NCBI RefSeq assembly: GCF_001194135.2
Contig: NC_068988.1
Span: 97,167,742 to 97,231,741 of the forward strand
Direction of reading: 5' to 3'
From: Octopus bimaculoides
Lineage: Eukaryota
Length of the DNA: 64,000 nucleotides
Shown: positions 1 to 14,646 of the stretch, piece after piece
How positions within the stretch are numbered: position 1 is the first letter of the stretch
Layout: the number at the start of each line of letters is the position of its first letter
Program-made: the position numbers and the translations under genes
The notes under the pieces: generated by a model
What the model was told of the DNA's origin: nothing
Database searches by the model: none
The model's input: the letters and a program-made list of their open reading frames with translations, nothing else

Positions 1-370
<370 letters not shown>

Positions 371-608
371 GGCTGTGTGTATGTATGTAAGTATGAAGAT
401 GGTTAAAGTGATGTGGTAGACCGATAGAAAATTATGGTTGTTCGACGTGTCTGCATAGAAGCGATTAATGTTTGAAGACTATTAAAAACTATGCGAAAAT
501 GTGAACCTTGCACTGGAGGAAATAAAATGGCATAATTTAATAGAACCGCCATTTTTTAAAACTCTTATCGTGTCTCTCCCTTCCTCTCAAACGTTAAAGA
601 AACAAAAG

Positions 609-1587
609 NNNNNNNNNNNNNNNNNNNNNNNNNNNNNNNNNNNNNNNNNNNNNNNNNNNNNNNNNNNNNNNNNNNNNNNNNNNNNNNNNNNNNNNNNNNN
701 NNNNNNNNNNNNNNNNNNNNNNNNNNNNNNNNNNNNNNNNNNNNNNNNNNNNNNNNNNNNNNNNNNNNNNNNNNNNNNNNNNNNNNNNNNNNNNNNNNNN
801 NNNNNNNNNNNNNNNNNNNNNNNNNNNNNNNNNNNNNNNNNNNNNNNNNNNNNNNNNNNNNNNNNNNNNNNNNNNNNNNNNNNNNNNNNNNNNNNNNNNN
901 NNNNNNNNNNNNNNNNNNNNNNNNNNNNNNNNNNNNNNNNNNNNNNNNNNNNNNNNNNNNNNNNNNNNNNNNNNNNNNNNNNNNNNNNNNNNNNNNNNNN
1001 NNNNNNNNNNNNNNNNNNNNNNNNNNNNNNNNNNNNNNNNNNNNNNNNNNNNNNNNNNNNNNNNNNNNNNNNNNNNNNNNNNNNNNNNNNNNNNNNNNNN
1101 NNNNNNNNNNNNNNNNNNNNNNNNNNNNNNNNNNNNNNNNNNNNNNNNNNNNNNNNNNNNNNNNNNNNNNNNNNNNNNNNNNNNNNNNNNNNNNNNNNNN
1201 NNNNNNNNNNNNNNNNNNNNNNNNNNNNNNNNNNNNNNNNNNNNNNNNNNNNNNNNNNNNNNNNNNNNNNNNNNNNNNNNNNNNNNNNNNNNNNNNNNNN
1301 NNNNNNNNNNNNNNNNNNNNNNNNNNNNNNNNNNNNNNNNNNNNNNNNNNNNNNNNNNNNNNNNNNNNNNNNNNNNNNNNNNNNNNNNNNNNNNNNNNNN
1401 NNNNNNNNNNNNNNNNNNNNNNNNNNNNNNNNNNNNNNNNNNNNNNNNNNNNNNNNNNNNNNNNNNNNNNNNNNNNNNNNNNNNNNNNNNNNNNNNNNNN
1501 NNNNNNNNNNNNNNNNNNNNNNNNNNNNNNNNNNNNNNNNNNNNNNNNNNNNNNNNNNNNNNNNNNNNNNNNNNNNNNNNNNNNNNN
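609..1587. other. Assembly gap (N run), first of about 15 large gaps
   Basis: Other large gaps at about 3072-3445, 4739-5463, 10561-11163, 15982-16711, 20269-20729, 22829-23303, 26854-26991, 29672-30067, 39200-39303, 42620-43299, 44050-44539, 46735-47138, 50454-50667, 51854-52149 and 54764-55072. Most are flanked by dinucleotide repeats. Confidence 0.99.
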
Positions 1588-1676
<89 letters not shown>

Positions 1677-1998
1677 AAATGTGCGTTGCAATAGCCATAT
1701 GGAAATGTCCTCTGGAATTATCGGCAAACCAATAAAATAAAACTGTTCTTGAGAATTTGATAAAAACGAAACTAAAATACGAAAAAAGAAAATGGCGATT
1801 GTTTTAGCGACGTTGATGGAATATAAGTATTGAAAATGGTGTTAGTCTTCATTGGCAAATAAATACATTGGAAAAATCTACACAGTGAACTTTTAATGTT
1901 TACACACACACACATACACATGGATGTGCGTTGCATGCAAACAACATGTATACATATATGCATATATACGTACCTTCATTGCAAGCATATACATTCTA

Positions 1999-2059
<61 letters not shown>

Positions 2060-2348
2060 TCTCACACACATATATATGTTTGTATGTATCCGTGTGTGTG
2101 TCTGTACATATATATATATATATACGTGTAATGCGCTGTGTATGTTTGTGTGTGTTTGCGCGTGCGTTACGCCAACAGAATTTTTCGTATAAACAATATA
2201 AATTTTAAATGTAAATAGTAACTCATTTGTTACGAAACATGCCATTCTTAGTTCGATTATTGTGAGTGGTGGTCGATCTCCATTATTTTTTGAGGAATTT
2301 TTTGTTTACTCATGTACCTTTAATACATAAATACATATCTATCTAACT

Positions 2349-2387
<39 letters not shown>

Positions 2388-2798
2388 TATACAATACATA
2401 CACATGCATATGTGTGTGCAGTGTGTGGATGTACTTGCGCACTCGTGTATGTAAATGTATGTATGTATACACATACGTATTGTTTGGAATGAACACACGT
2501 AGCAGAATTTTTTTCAATAGTTTTCTGCTGATTATCAATTCACTTGTGAGAGTTTTTTTTTACTTTGCGATCGTTCAGAGGAAAATCGAAAGAAAACAAG
2601 CGAATTAGAAGGAGACAATGTGGGCGAATGGAGAACGACACATTTTTCCATTGCTCAAAATCGACCAGAAGAGTTGAGCGAAAGGTTAGCAACCTCTTCT
2701 CATCTAGTTTATTACGAAAACAGTTTTAGCAACCGAGAGAACATGGCGGGTGCAGACGGACCCGTGTGCTGTACGGTAGAGAACGCTATCGTTTTACC

Positions 2799-3014
2799 GC
2801 GGTCATACTGGGGCATTCCCTGGAAGAAATTTTAGTCGAATGAATCGTTCCTCATTCTTATTCTTTTAAAAACCTGCTGCTTATTATGTAAGGGTTTTGC
2901 CGAACCGCTAAGTTACGGGGACGTAAACACACCAACATCAGTTGTCAAGTGATGATGGGAGGACAAACACAGACACACAAACATATACATACATACATAT
3001 GTACATACATACAA

Positions 3015-3071
<57 letters not shown>

Positions 3072-3628
3072 NNNNNNNNNNNNNNNNNNNNNNNNNNNNN
3101 NNNNNNNNNNNNNNNNNNNNNNNNNNNNNNNNNNNNNNNNNNNNNNNNNNNNNNNNNNNNNNNNNNNNNNNNNNNNNNNNNNNNNNNNNNNNNNNNNNNN
3201 NNNNNNNNNNNNNNNNNNNNNNNNNNNNNNNNNNNNNNNNNNNNNNNNNNNNNNNNNNNNNNNNNNNNNNNNNNNNNNNNNNNNNNNNNNNNNNNNNNNN
3301 NNNNNNNNNNNNNNNNNNNNNNNNNNNNNNNNNNNNNNNNNNNNNNNNNNNNNNNNNNNNNNNNNNNNNNNNNNNNNNNNNNNNNNNNNNNNNNNNNNNN
3401 NNNNNNNNNNNNNNNNNNNNNNNNNNNNNNNNNNNNNNNNNNNNNTATATACATATATACATATATACGGCTGGCTTTTTTCAGTTTCCGTCTACCAAAT
3501 CCACTCACAAGGCTTTGGTCGGCTCGAGGCTATAGTAGAAGACAATTGCTCAACGTGCCACTCAGTGAGACTGAACCCAGAATATGTGGATGGTAAGCAA
3601 GCTACTTACCACACAGTCACTTCTGCCT
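2799..3628 (-). mobile_element. tRNA-derived SINE (family B: head GGCTGTGTGGTAAG..., internal CA/TA microsatellite), spans a gap
   Basis: The minus strand reads GACTGTGTGGTAAGTAGCTTGCTTACC (A-box region) ... GGGTTCAGTCTCAC (B-box-like), then GGATTTGGTAGACGGAAACTGAA and a 3' part GTCCCCGTAACTTAGCGGTTCGGC. The same blocks recur at 37083-37516, 30125-30281 and 34965-35215. Confidence 0.85.
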
Positions 3629-3637
3629 CTTTATATA

Positions 3638-3672
<35 letters not shown>

Positions 3673-4031
3673 TTTAGTGTTTTACTGTTGTTGTCTGGTC
3701 GCAGGTCAACACTAAACAATGTCTAACAGAATCCCAGTCGTAACAGTGTTCTCTGGTTTTCTCAGACACTCTGTGTCAAAGCGTACCTTATTCAGTATGT
3801 CTTGTTTCCTCCAAGACGGTTTAGTGTGATGTAATTGAAATTGGTCCGATAGTTAATATGAAGGTCACGCTTGACTCTTCAGAGTGTCTAAGTATCTTGT
3901 GTTGGAGCCATCGTTGTCAGACTTACAATATGCAGTGAATATGCTGTATATATGTTGCATTGACAATAAATATAGAATATAATGAAATAAAATCCTTTTT
4001 AACAGTGGAACTCGAAGTAGATATAGCTATA

Positions 4032-4200
4032 AATTCTTTCTACTATTAGCAAAAAGCCTGAAATTCTAGGAGGATTACATCAACCCCAGTGCTCGACTAT
4101 TCCCGAATGGATGAAAGGCAAAGTCAACCTCGGTGGCATCAGAAGAAATGTCACTAAACGTTTTGTCCGGCACGTTAACGATTCTGCCAGTTCGTCGCTT
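4032..4200 (-). mobile_element. Degenerate tRNA-derived SINE (family A)
   Basis: Similar to the copy at 34631-34850 (GATGAAAGGCAAAGTCAACCTCGG; TTCTACTA...CCTGAAATT). Confidence 0.75.
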
Positions 4201-5463
4201 TAGTTAAAGCTTTGAATAGCAACGCGTAAATATTAGCTAAAAAGAACAACTTATGGCATGCAATATGCAGGCGATATAATGAGGTTTATGCAATATGTAT
4301 GAAGTAGATAGAAAATAATTTGCAATATGCTGGAAATATGTAGAAGCTAATAGGTGGTTTGTAATATTCAGTATAGTGTCTGCAATCGCCAGTGCGAAGC
4401 AGACAGCATTGGAGTTAAAGCGAGAATCAAGAGTAGCTGAAAAGAAGGGTAAACAATGTTAGAATGTAAATGGTTGTCATCGTATAAGCTAAGTGATGAC
4501 AAGTGATGACAAGAGAGGAGAAGTGGGCACAAGTGCTATGAGATAACCCCTATCGGACAGTTGACCTACCAAACCGGAACTGAAGTGGTTAATTACACAT
4601 CGGTTTTTAGCGTCGCATCCGCCAGGCACCATTCATTGTCAACAGTCAACAACATCGTAGCACACACTGTGTGTATATGTACTTGTAAGTATGTGTGTGC
4701 GTATGTGGTGCTGGTTGTGAGAAAAGAGCAGGATTAGGNNNNNNNNNNNNNNNNNNNNNNNNNNNNNNNNNNNNNNNNNNNNNNNNNNNNNNNNNNNNNN
4801 NNNNNNNNNNNNNNNNNNNNNNNNNNNNNNNNNNNNNNNNNNNNNNNNNNNNNNNNNNNNNNNNNNNNNNNNNNNNNNNNNNNNNNNNNNNNNNNNNNNN
4901 NNNNNNNNNNNNNNNNNNNNNNNNNNNNNNNNNNNNNNNNNNNNNNNNNNNNNNNNNNNNNNNNNNNNNNNNNNNNNNNNNNNNNNNNNNNNNNNNNNNN
5001 NNNNNNNNNNNNNNNNNNNNNNNNNNNNNNNNNNNNNNNNNNNNNNNNNNNNNNNNNNNNNNNNNNNNNNNNNNNNNNNNNNNNNNNNNNNNNNNNNNNN
5101 NNNNNNNNNNNNNNNNNNNNNNNNNNNNNNNNNNNNNNNNNNNNNNNNNNNNNNNNNNNNNNNNNNNNNNNNNNNNNNNNNNNNNNNNNNNNNNNNNNNN
5201 NNNNNNNNNNNNNNNNNNNNNNNNNNNNNNNNNNNNNNNNNNNNNNNNNNNNNNNNNNNNNNNNNNNNNNNNNNNNNNNNNNNNNNNNNNNNNNNNNNNN
5301 NNNNNNNNNNNNNNNNNNNNNNNNNNNNNNNNNNNNNNNNNNNNNNNNNNNNNNNNNNNNNNNNNNNNNNNNNNNNNNNNNNNNNNNNNNNNNNNNNNNN
5401 NNNNNNNNNNNNNNNNNNNNNNNNNNNNNNNNNNNNNNNNNNNNNNNNNNNNNNNNNNNNNNN

Positions 5464-5945
5464 CACCACCATCGCCACCACCACCACCACCACCATCGCC
5501 ACCACCACCACCACCACCACCATCGCCACCGCCAACACAACTAGTTCCACCACAGTCACTATTTCCGAGGCAATCTTTACGTAAAGTATATTCTTCGCCT
5601 CCACCAGCGCACAGCACTACTACACCTACAACCATCACCATCACCATCACCATCAGTACATAGTTTGGCTACTTCTGAAGCTGTGGTTGCAGATCTGTGG
5701 TCGTAGTAGTCGTAGTAGTAGTGTTGGTCGTAGCTGTTAGGGGTGATAATATAGTGATGGTGGGAGAATGACTGTTGCTTCAAGTGTTGTTATTGCTGAT
5801 GGTGATTATAATAATGATGATATGATAACGACGATGATGATGATGATGATGATGATGACGATGATGACGATGACAGCAACAACAACAAAGAAGATGACTG
5901 CGACGACAGTAACGATGAGGATTGTAATGATAATGATATGAAAGC
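5464..5945. repeat. Trinucleotide low-complexity region (CAC/CAT/TAG/GAT)
   Basis: Read directly; the source of the poly-P/G/V ORF artefacts. Confidence 0.9.
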
Positions 5946-6401
5946 TAATAAGGTGAAGATGAGGGCTGAGAAAATGATGCAGGAAATTAGAACGTTGTGT
6001 TAAGGTCTTCAGCTAAGCAGAAAGAAAAATCTACCCGGAGCACTGCTCGGCGGGTTTCATCGAGATGTTTGACAAATTACTTTTACGCTATACCAAAACG
6101 CTAAATATAGAAGGACCTTACAGTTGACATAACTTCCTATTTAGTACACAGAATACTACTCAGATATTTTCCTCAATCTTGTTCTTGACATAACATAATA
6201 AGCGACGCCACAACCCCTCTTCTCTTACAGAACACTTTTAGTCTGATCAATTTAGTGGAATATACTTCACTGAGGAGGTCAAATAACATCGAAACACATC
6301 CATTGCTTTCACGAGTTGGCTTTAAATGGAGTTTTTAAATACTACCCTACAATTATATGATCCTTTTTTTTTACTATGTAGACGCATGTGTCCATGTGTG
6401 C

Positions 6402-6437
<36 letters not shown>

Positions 6438-6438
6438 G

Positions 6439-6483
<45 letters not shown>

Positions 6484-7229
6484 AATGCCTGGCACAAGAA
6501 GTTACATCGTTGGTGTGAATAAATATAATCGAATTAAATCAATTAATTATACAACTGGTACATATCTAATTCTAATTGAGAGCCGCGAGAGGATAAAGGA
6601 GCAGTCGACCGTGGCCGGATTTGAACTCAGAACATCGAAGGACGAAACTAAATATAATTATATCTTTAGTGGCAATCCTTCTCTCTCCTTTACTCCCGCC
6701 CCCCACCACCGTAAGCTCCACCCCAAATTAAAATAAGTAATAAGAAATTAATATAAAATCATAAGTCCATGTTGTCCTTACTTGATATTGTCGTCATTAA
6801 AGCCTTATCATTTCACACACCTCTTGCGATTTTGCTTTTTGTTTTTGTTTCATGTTTTAATTGTAGTTTTAGTTGTTGTTGTAGAAATTATTGTTGTAGC
6901 TGTTGTTTTTGTTGTTGTTCAATATGTCCGTATTGGCTGATGCTGGTTTTTACCGCCCTCGCACTTTTGCATAGAACCATGCGTTTAAATACATAAATGA
7001 ATAAATGAATAAAAGATGTGTTGGGAGTGGTTGAATGCTGAGTGAACAATTATTCCGACTGTGACTCCCTTCACTTTCCTTCACTTTCCTCCCCCCACCC
7101 CCGCCATCTCCACCATCCCCACCATCCCCAGCCCCTTGTTGTCTGTTAAAGTTGGAAACGATGATGCTGTTCTACAATGGAGAAAGCGCTTATAATGATG
7201 ATGAGATAAGAGGAAAACAAGGCGACAGC

Positions 7230-7470
7230 CATTCATTAGCCCTATGTAGAGTTAAACCTTTAATCTAATTACAGCTTTGTGGATGACCTCAAATCACCGT
7301 AACGTTGTATATGGCACCAAACAATGGCGCGCTCGGCCAAGATGGCCGCCTTTTGTGTGGCATAATTTGTATTCAGACATGTCAGGACAAGATTAATTTC
7401 ATTTTCGCGCGCCGCAACGGCCAATATACCGGGCCTTGCTGCTTGCTCATTGACGGACAAGTATCGGCGA
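7230..7470. promoter_or_regulatory. Candidate promoter or enhancer: GC/CpG-rich island with YY1-, E2F- and CCAAT-like motifs
   Basis: CAAGATGGCCGCC 7338-7350 and AATGGCG 7323-7329 (YY1-like), TTTCGCGC at about 7403-7410 (E2F consensus TTTSSCGC), CCAAT 7421-7425, and several TAAT cores, in an otherwise CpG-poor background. Motif matches only. Confidence 0.3.
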
Positions 7471-7639
7471 CGACTACAACAAAAAAATATAATAAAAAGA
7501 AATGCAACAACAACAATAGTGGCAGCGATGGAAACTGCAGCAGCAGCAACAGCAGCAGTGACAGTGATAGCAGCAGCAGCAGCAGATTCTTATGGTTTGA
7601 AAGTAAGTGAAGATTATTTTGAAGATGACGGGAAGAATA

Positions 7640-7836
7640 GGGTTAAGTGTGTGTGAGAGAGAGAGAGAAGAAGAGAGGGGGAGAGAAAGAGGGGAGAGAG
7701 TGTATGTGTGTGTGTGTGTAGAGACGAGTGAAGTGGAGTGCTGCAGATGTAAAAAGCAGTTAAAGGGATACGAGTGATAAGAGGTGAACCCGACAACAAC
7801 AACAACAACAAGCATAGACACAAAGAATGGACGAGA

Positions 7837-7879
<43 letters not shown>

Positions 7880-8307
7880 GTGAGTGAGTGAGAGAGAGAG
7901 AGAGTGAGTGAGAGGGGAGAGTTGAGATGGGAGAAAACCCAGAAACAAAGACTGGCTGAAGGATACATTGATCTCGAAAGAATGTCTCGACTGTTCTTCG
8001 CTTAAACAGATCCTCATTCAAGTTAACTATTTCTGCCCCTCCAGGGACAATAAGTTCAACAACAACAACAACAACTATTTATAAAAAGCATATAAAAATT
8101 GACACATTGCAGACATTTTTTCTGCCTCGGGTTAAAGAAAAAGAAACAATATAAAAGAGAGAGAGAGGGGGGGTGAGAAGGATAGGAGAGAATGAGAAAG
8201 AAACAGAAATAGAGACCGAGAGGAAAAGTGAGAAAAGAAAAGGGAGGAATAGATAGAGATAAGATGAATGCAACAATTAAAGTGAGAGAGAGGGGGAGAG
8301 AGAGAGT

Positions 8308-8352
<45 letters not shown>

Positions 8353-8496
8353 AAGAAAGAAAGAAAGTGGAAGAGGGTGAGAGCCAGGTTTCGTCACTGT
8401 CTCTTTCTCGCTATCGATGAAGAGAAAGGAACGCAAAGAAAGAAGAGTAAGAGGGAGAAGAGGAAAGGGTGCATGAAAGAGAGAGAGAGGAGGGAG

Positions 8497-8527
<31 letters not shown>

Positions 8528-8666
8528 GAGTGGGAGAGTGAAAGACAAAGAGAGAGTGACAAAGGGAGGGAGAAAAGCGAGAGTCTGCGACGGTTGGTGA
8601 CGTATTTGACATTTACAAATTGACACTTTCTTGCGGCAGATCAGTTTGGAAACAAGGAGGGAAAGA

Positions 8667-8723
<57 letters not shown>

Positions 8724-8725
8724 TA
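7640..8725. repeat. Purine-rich (GA)n/(GAGT)n/(GATA)n domain
   Basis: Read directly. Confidence 0.9.
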
Positions 8726-9381
8726 AGACATTTTATTTCTCTCGTTTTTATTCCAAGAAACAAAAGTAATAAAAAACAATTGAAATAAATGTGATGAAGA
8801 TATGACCGAAGAATAAATAAGGGATTTGAATTAATACGGAAGTGCAGAATATAATACATTTACATAAGGCAGCTTAAGAGTTTGGGAATCTTTCAAGATA
8901 AAACCCAATCTCTGCTGAGTTCTTGGTTTTCTTTTCCTTGTTCCACCCGCCTCGTTTCATCAGCGACTCTGGCAATAATGCTTTCTTAAGTAATCATAAG
9001 TTTTTACTTAGGCCACCAGGTCAATCTTTTTTTTTTTTTAATATATGTTGGTGTTAGCCGTGTTGCTGATTGTGTTGTCGGTGATGTCATGTCGATGGTG
9101 GTAGTTGTAGTGGGGATAAAGAGGGGAAGTATGATGAGGGAGATGATGGTGTTCGAGAAAGTCTTCTTTTTTTTTTGCCCATCCCCACCCTGAACTACAT
9201 TATTCAAAGTGCTCTTTCCTTAAGACGGTGGTTGTGTTATTTGAGAGGAATTTAGCTGCTTTTTCTAGCCTATCGAGAGTCAGCCAATTGGGTCTTTCGT
9301 TCGAAAGATAAGGTGCTGGTCGTATTGACGTTGAAAGAAGATAATGTTAATGTTGGTGGTGGTGGCTGTGGTCGTACATAC

Positions 9382-9435
<54 letters not shown>

Positions 9436-9469
9436 GTATATATATACATATACATATGCATATATATAC

Positions 9470-9500
<31 letters not shown>

Positions 9501-9526
9501 TACACATACACACACANNNNNNNNNN

Positions 9527-9560
<34 letters not shown>

Positions 9561-10516
9561 TATGCCTTAATTTAAGTGTGTAGCTCGATTTTCTTTGGAA
9601 GTCTCTCTTCGATCTAATTAGACTTATATATATATATCAATATAGTCATGCGTAAACATGGTCTCTGCTTCGTATTTATTCGGCCCTCAGCTAATTACTT
9701 GCTGCTAAATAAATATTTTCGTTATGATTAAGCATTATACATCCTTGTAAATACAGATATTAATTTGCCTCACATATATAAATATTTATATATCTATATT
9801 TATGTGTATATATGTATATAGGTGTGTGGCTGTGTATCTATGGGTGTGTGTGCATGTATGTATATAAATGTATATATATATATATATATACAGCAAGCGC
9901 ACACACACGCACAAACACACATATATATATATACACATATACTTCTATAAGTTAATGGATTATTTAGCCTGTACGCGAGTTTACAAATATTCATTAAACT
10001 TCGTCTTCCTCCTCCTACTTTCCCTTTTCGTTCCATCTGTTTCTTTCTTTCTCTTTCTGCCCTACTGTTTATCTCCCCCTCTCTTTATCTTTCCCTCTCC
10101 CTCTCTCTCTCTCTCTCTCTATCAGTACATGTTCACCCGCCGCCGCCACACTTCTCATTGCTGCAATCATTTCTGAATATCGTGTTATCCAACCCGTCTC
10201 CGTGTAGAGTCTTATATTAACGATATGATTTCGTGTCCTGTTCATGACAAACCATTGATAGTGCCGGTGAGGTGGGGGTGGGGGGTGGAGTGGGGATTAG
10301 AAAATGGGTTTCTCCTGTCGCAGCCCCGTAAACGATAGAGAGAATGCAGCACCAGAATGGATGAGGATGCTGCAGTGGATGAGATGAAGGGCGGAGTGCA
10401 GGAGAAGTGTAAGTGGGGATGTGGGAGATGAATTCGGGAATGGAGAAATTCCAAGAAGGTCGATTTGTTAGGAATGGGGAAAACAATGCCATGCACACAC
10501 ACACACGCACACACAC

Positions 10517-10560
<44 letters not shown>

Positions 10561-11163
10561 NNNNNNNNNNNNNNNNNNNNNNNNNNNNNNNNNNNNNNNN
10601 NNNNNNNNNNNNNNNNNNNNNNNNNNNNNNNNNNNNNNNNNNNNNNNNNNNNNNNNNNNNNNNNNNNNNNNNNNNNNNNNNNNNNNNNNNNNNNNNNNNN
10701 NNNNNNNNNNNNNNNNNNNNNNNNNNNNNNNNNNNNNNNNNNNNNNNNNNNNNNNNNNNNNNNNNNNNNNNNNNNNNNNNNNNNNNNNNNNNNNNNNNNN
10801 NNNNNNNNNNNNNNNNNNNNNNNNNNNNNNNNNNNNNNNNNNNNNNNNNNNNNNNNNNNNNNNNNNNNNNNNNNNNNNNNNNNNNNNNNNNNNNNNNNNN
10901 NNNNNNNNNNNNNNNNNNNNNNNNNNNNNNNNNNNNNNNNNNNNNNNNNNNNNNNNNNNNNNNNNNNNNNNNNNNNNNNNNNNNNNNNNNNNNNNNNNNN
11001 NNNNNNNNNNNNNNNNNNNNNNNNNNNNNNNNNNNNNNNNNNNNNNNNNNNNNNNNNNNNNNNNNNNNNNNNNNNNNNNNNNNNNNNNNNNNNNNNNNNN
11101 NNNNNNNNNNNNNNNNNNNNNNNNNNNNNNNNNNNNNNNNNNNNNNNNNNNNNNNNNNNNNNN

Positions 11164-11229
<66 letters not shown>

Positions 11230-11699
11230 TCATTATCTATTGTTGCTAGTTTATTTAAGCTTTGTTTTACGCTCATCTGTCCTCTCTGAGTTGGGTATGA
11301 ATCCATCCAGAGTTGGGTAATTAGCTCCAACTATCTGCACACGAGGCGAATTTGAACTCAGAGCGCAAAGAAGCAGGCTAGATATCCCAAGGATTAACAA
11401 TTCTAGCACATCATTTTGCCGTTGCCTGGTTATCAAATCCGAAAAGACGAAAGCAAAGCTGGCCTCAGGGCGATATAAACTTAGAGCTTCGAGAGCTGAA
11501 ACAATTACCGCAAGGTAGTAAAACACTACCGCCTCCCTGCTATGTATAAGCAACGAACAATTAGGTTGGAAAGAACCCTGTTGCCTTTTTGACATGACCA
11601 TTTTAAAGGTACTTCTTCAATATGGTAGAGTCTTTCCAGATTATACCATAATGATTAAATTCCTATCGATTTTACGCTTTTAAAATGAGTCTAGATTAG

Positions 11700-12350
11700 A
11701 TCCATACCAGACACCGCATGCTGTATGAATTCTAAAGGGACCCTTCAGTAATAGAAGCGGCAAGGAATATTTCAATTATGGGAATAAAACTTTAAATGTT
11801 CGGACATGCCAACGATGATATGGCCAGTTTCGCCGGAAAATGTCTTTCTCTCGCAGACTCCCTCCGATCTGAACGACTAAGTGCTGTCAATACTGAGCCT
11901 CTGGAAACCGAGGTTAAGGAAAATCCTATGCACACCGCACGAGAAATATCAAAACGATTCAATTCTAAATAAACGATTTCATGAACTAAGAAACGTGGTT
12001 CCTTCGTTATCTGAATGCTTCTCATCATAATCAAAGAACTTCATTCTGATTGTGAAGTGTAGACTTGCTAGCGAACCTTTCTTGGAGAGAATCATCACAA
12101 GTGATTAAAAACTGGTATATCTATTATCATATCTTACAAAAACGATAATGGTCAACATGAAGGACTCTTTCTAACCTAATAAAGCTGAAAATATCCTGCA
12201 ACTTTTAACCGTCTCTTGAATCCCTAATGAATGCTTCCGCTCATAAGAAACGCCATCAGCTATGATATTCAGCAAGGAGTCTATCTCTATGACAGATCAA
12301 ATACCGGATTATAGAAAACACAGAATTCGGCAAAATATATCGTAGATAGA
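11700..12350 (+). mobile_element. Degenerate, probably internally deleted mariner transposase remnant (N-terminal HTH to first catalytic D)
   Basis: Across stops and frameshifts it translates as HTRHRMLYEF..EAARNI..LNVRTCQR*YGQF..SLADSLRSERLSAV..EVKENPMHTAREISKRF and EPFLERIITSD*K(W). These match mariner motifs (HxRHxMLYEF, LEDxPRSGRP, PFLxRIVTGDEKW). Confidence 0.85.
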
Positions 12351-12384
12351 ACTGGTGTACAAGGCGTCGCGCTGGATGAGTCGT

Positions 12385-12545
12385 TCTGCTTAGCGGCATT
12401 TCTTACGGATCTTTAGGTTCTGAGTTTAGATCTACTCAAGGTCCTCTTAGCCTTTCCTCCCTTTGGGGTCGATAAAATTGAGTACCTCTCATGTACAAGG
12501 ATTGATGTAATCGACTTGTCCCTCCCCTCAAAATGCTGCCCTTGA
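12385..12545 (+). mobile_element. Degenerate SINE (family A)
   Basis: GCTTAGCGGCATTTC...GTTCTGAGTTTAGAT...GCCTTTCCTCCCTTTGGGGTCGATAAAATTGAGTACC...GATGTAATCGACT matches the reverse complement of 34631-34850. Confidence 0.75.
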
Positions 12546-12957
12546 AGTCTGAAACGGACGGACGTCTCATTAAGGAAGGCTGTCGTGATCTCGGTCACGT
12601 GTACACCAACAAAGCTAGGTCAACGGCCTTATGAGACCCAAGGCTTGAGGAAAAAAATAAAACAAAAGAGTTGACTAAAGTTGTTGGAATGGCAGAATGT
12701 GGCGTTAAAGCGAAAGAATGAAAGCTATGCGGTGTTTTGAGTCAAGTTCCACCTAACTGTCCTAAAGTTTATTTCCGCCAAAGCGCAGGCTTTGGCTGGC
12801 AAGTGAAGCAAATCGTCGAAACAAAGAGCCAGTTCCAAAGAAATGATACTGGGGGTTGTCGAGTGAGAAGTTCCGTTTCTCCAGCTGGAGAGAGAGAGAG
12901 AGAGAGAATGAGCGACAGAGAGAGACATGTTCCCCTGGAGAATGAACGAATGAAGAG

Positions 12958-13003
<46 letters not shown>

Positions 13004-14079
13004 CAGTGAGTTGCTTAAAACACATATCAACGAAAACAGCATTTAGTGAGTTTTAAAATACTTAGTGCTTGTGTAACATTTTTGCGTATATTAAGAGGGG
13101 TCTATGGCTCCCGTTTGACAGAGAAGGCCACATCAAAATGACTGAGCGAATGTTTCCCTTGGTTATTGGACGATGACTAAAATTGCTGCTTGCAAGAAGG
13201 GGGGGGGTCAAAAACAGCTCGGTAAGGAAACGATCAACGTTGCATAATCCGTTCCGTCAAACGTATAGAGAAACAAAGAGTAAGATGAAACACACACACA
13301 CACACACACACACGTGTACACAGTTTCGTACAGAGTCATACACACTTAAATACACAGATACATACCATTTACATACATAAATGCACACACGTACTTGCGC
13401 GTGTACATACACACACGTATACATACGCATCTTCTTGGATTCCTTTCTTACATACAGAAACATACAGTGACGTATACAATATAATCTAAATTATATAGGC
13501 ACACACATACATACTTAAATACATATATACATACAAGTGCACACACTCACACACACACACACAGACGTGATCGTATAAATATACTTTCGTTCAAGCACAC
13601 GTACATATATATACATAAATGAGTACATAAACACATGCTTCCAAACATGCATACTTTTATACACAAACCCGCACAAACACACACAAAGACACACACGCGC
13701 ACATACAGAAACACACACAAGTACACACATACAAACATACATCCACAGAAACGCATCTACATATAAAGTCGTTCACACCAATTCATGCGTCTAATCTATT
13801 CGTACTCAGACATACATATACATACATACATACATACACACATATACATACACTTGTTTGTACACATAAACACACGAATCATTCAAAGACGATAAACTAT
13901 AACATTTCACCTACACCGACATAGATACAAACACACCGAGACACATGTGGACACATAATCATTCATACAGACATTTTCACTGAAATGCTTTCACCCGCCC
14001 GCCAATTTTTCTCTTTGAAACTAATTCAATAACGTATTCCATTAAATAAGACGATCATTTTGCTCCCGCTTCTTCCTTC

Positions 14080-14208
14080 CAGAGTTGGATCTTCTTTAAC
14101 CTCCTACCACCCCTTCCTACCCACCCACACTCTCGCTATAGCTTTCATTTCCTTCCGGCTTCTTTCTTACACACTACATCTACTCACACTGCAACTCCCT
14201 GTTGTCTG

Positions 14209-14240
<32 letters not shown>

Positions 14241-14604
14241 CTCACTTCAAATTACTCCCCTTCCTCGCCCTTCTTCTCTTCGTAGTACACCACCGTGTCT
14301 CCTCCCTCCCTCCCTCTAATTCTTCTTAATTTGCACGTCGTCGCCATCATCGTATCCGTCGTATTTTCCTCCATCTCCTCCTCCTTTTCCTGCTCTCTAT
14401 TCTCTTTTCACGCTCCTGCACATCACCCATCCCCCCTCTTCTCCATTCCTCTTCTTCTTCTTCTTCTTCTTCTTCTATCGTTTATAGTTGCTGCTTCCAA
14501 AACCTGGTTCATTTATCTCTCTCCAAATCGTCGCTCACTCACATTCTCTCTCTCTTCTCTCTAACTCTCTCTTTCTCCCCCTCTCTCTCTCTCATACATA
14601 TTCC

Positions 14605-14646
<42 letters not shown>

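Noticed and set aside
524-555. Inverted AAAATGGC/GCCATTTT YY1-like pair
   Set aside because: An 8-bp match in AT-rich DNA next to a gap cannot be distinguished from chance.
3860-3890. Minus-strand CTGAAGA followed by a GTCA/TGAC stem (hammerhead-like)
   Set aside because: No GAAA or cleavage triplet follows.
10266-10415. G-quadruplex motif and a possible first exon MDEDAAVDEMKGGVQEK|GTAAGT
   Set aside because: Only three runs of three or more G; the peptide is short, has an in-frame stop just upstream and has no recognisable homology.
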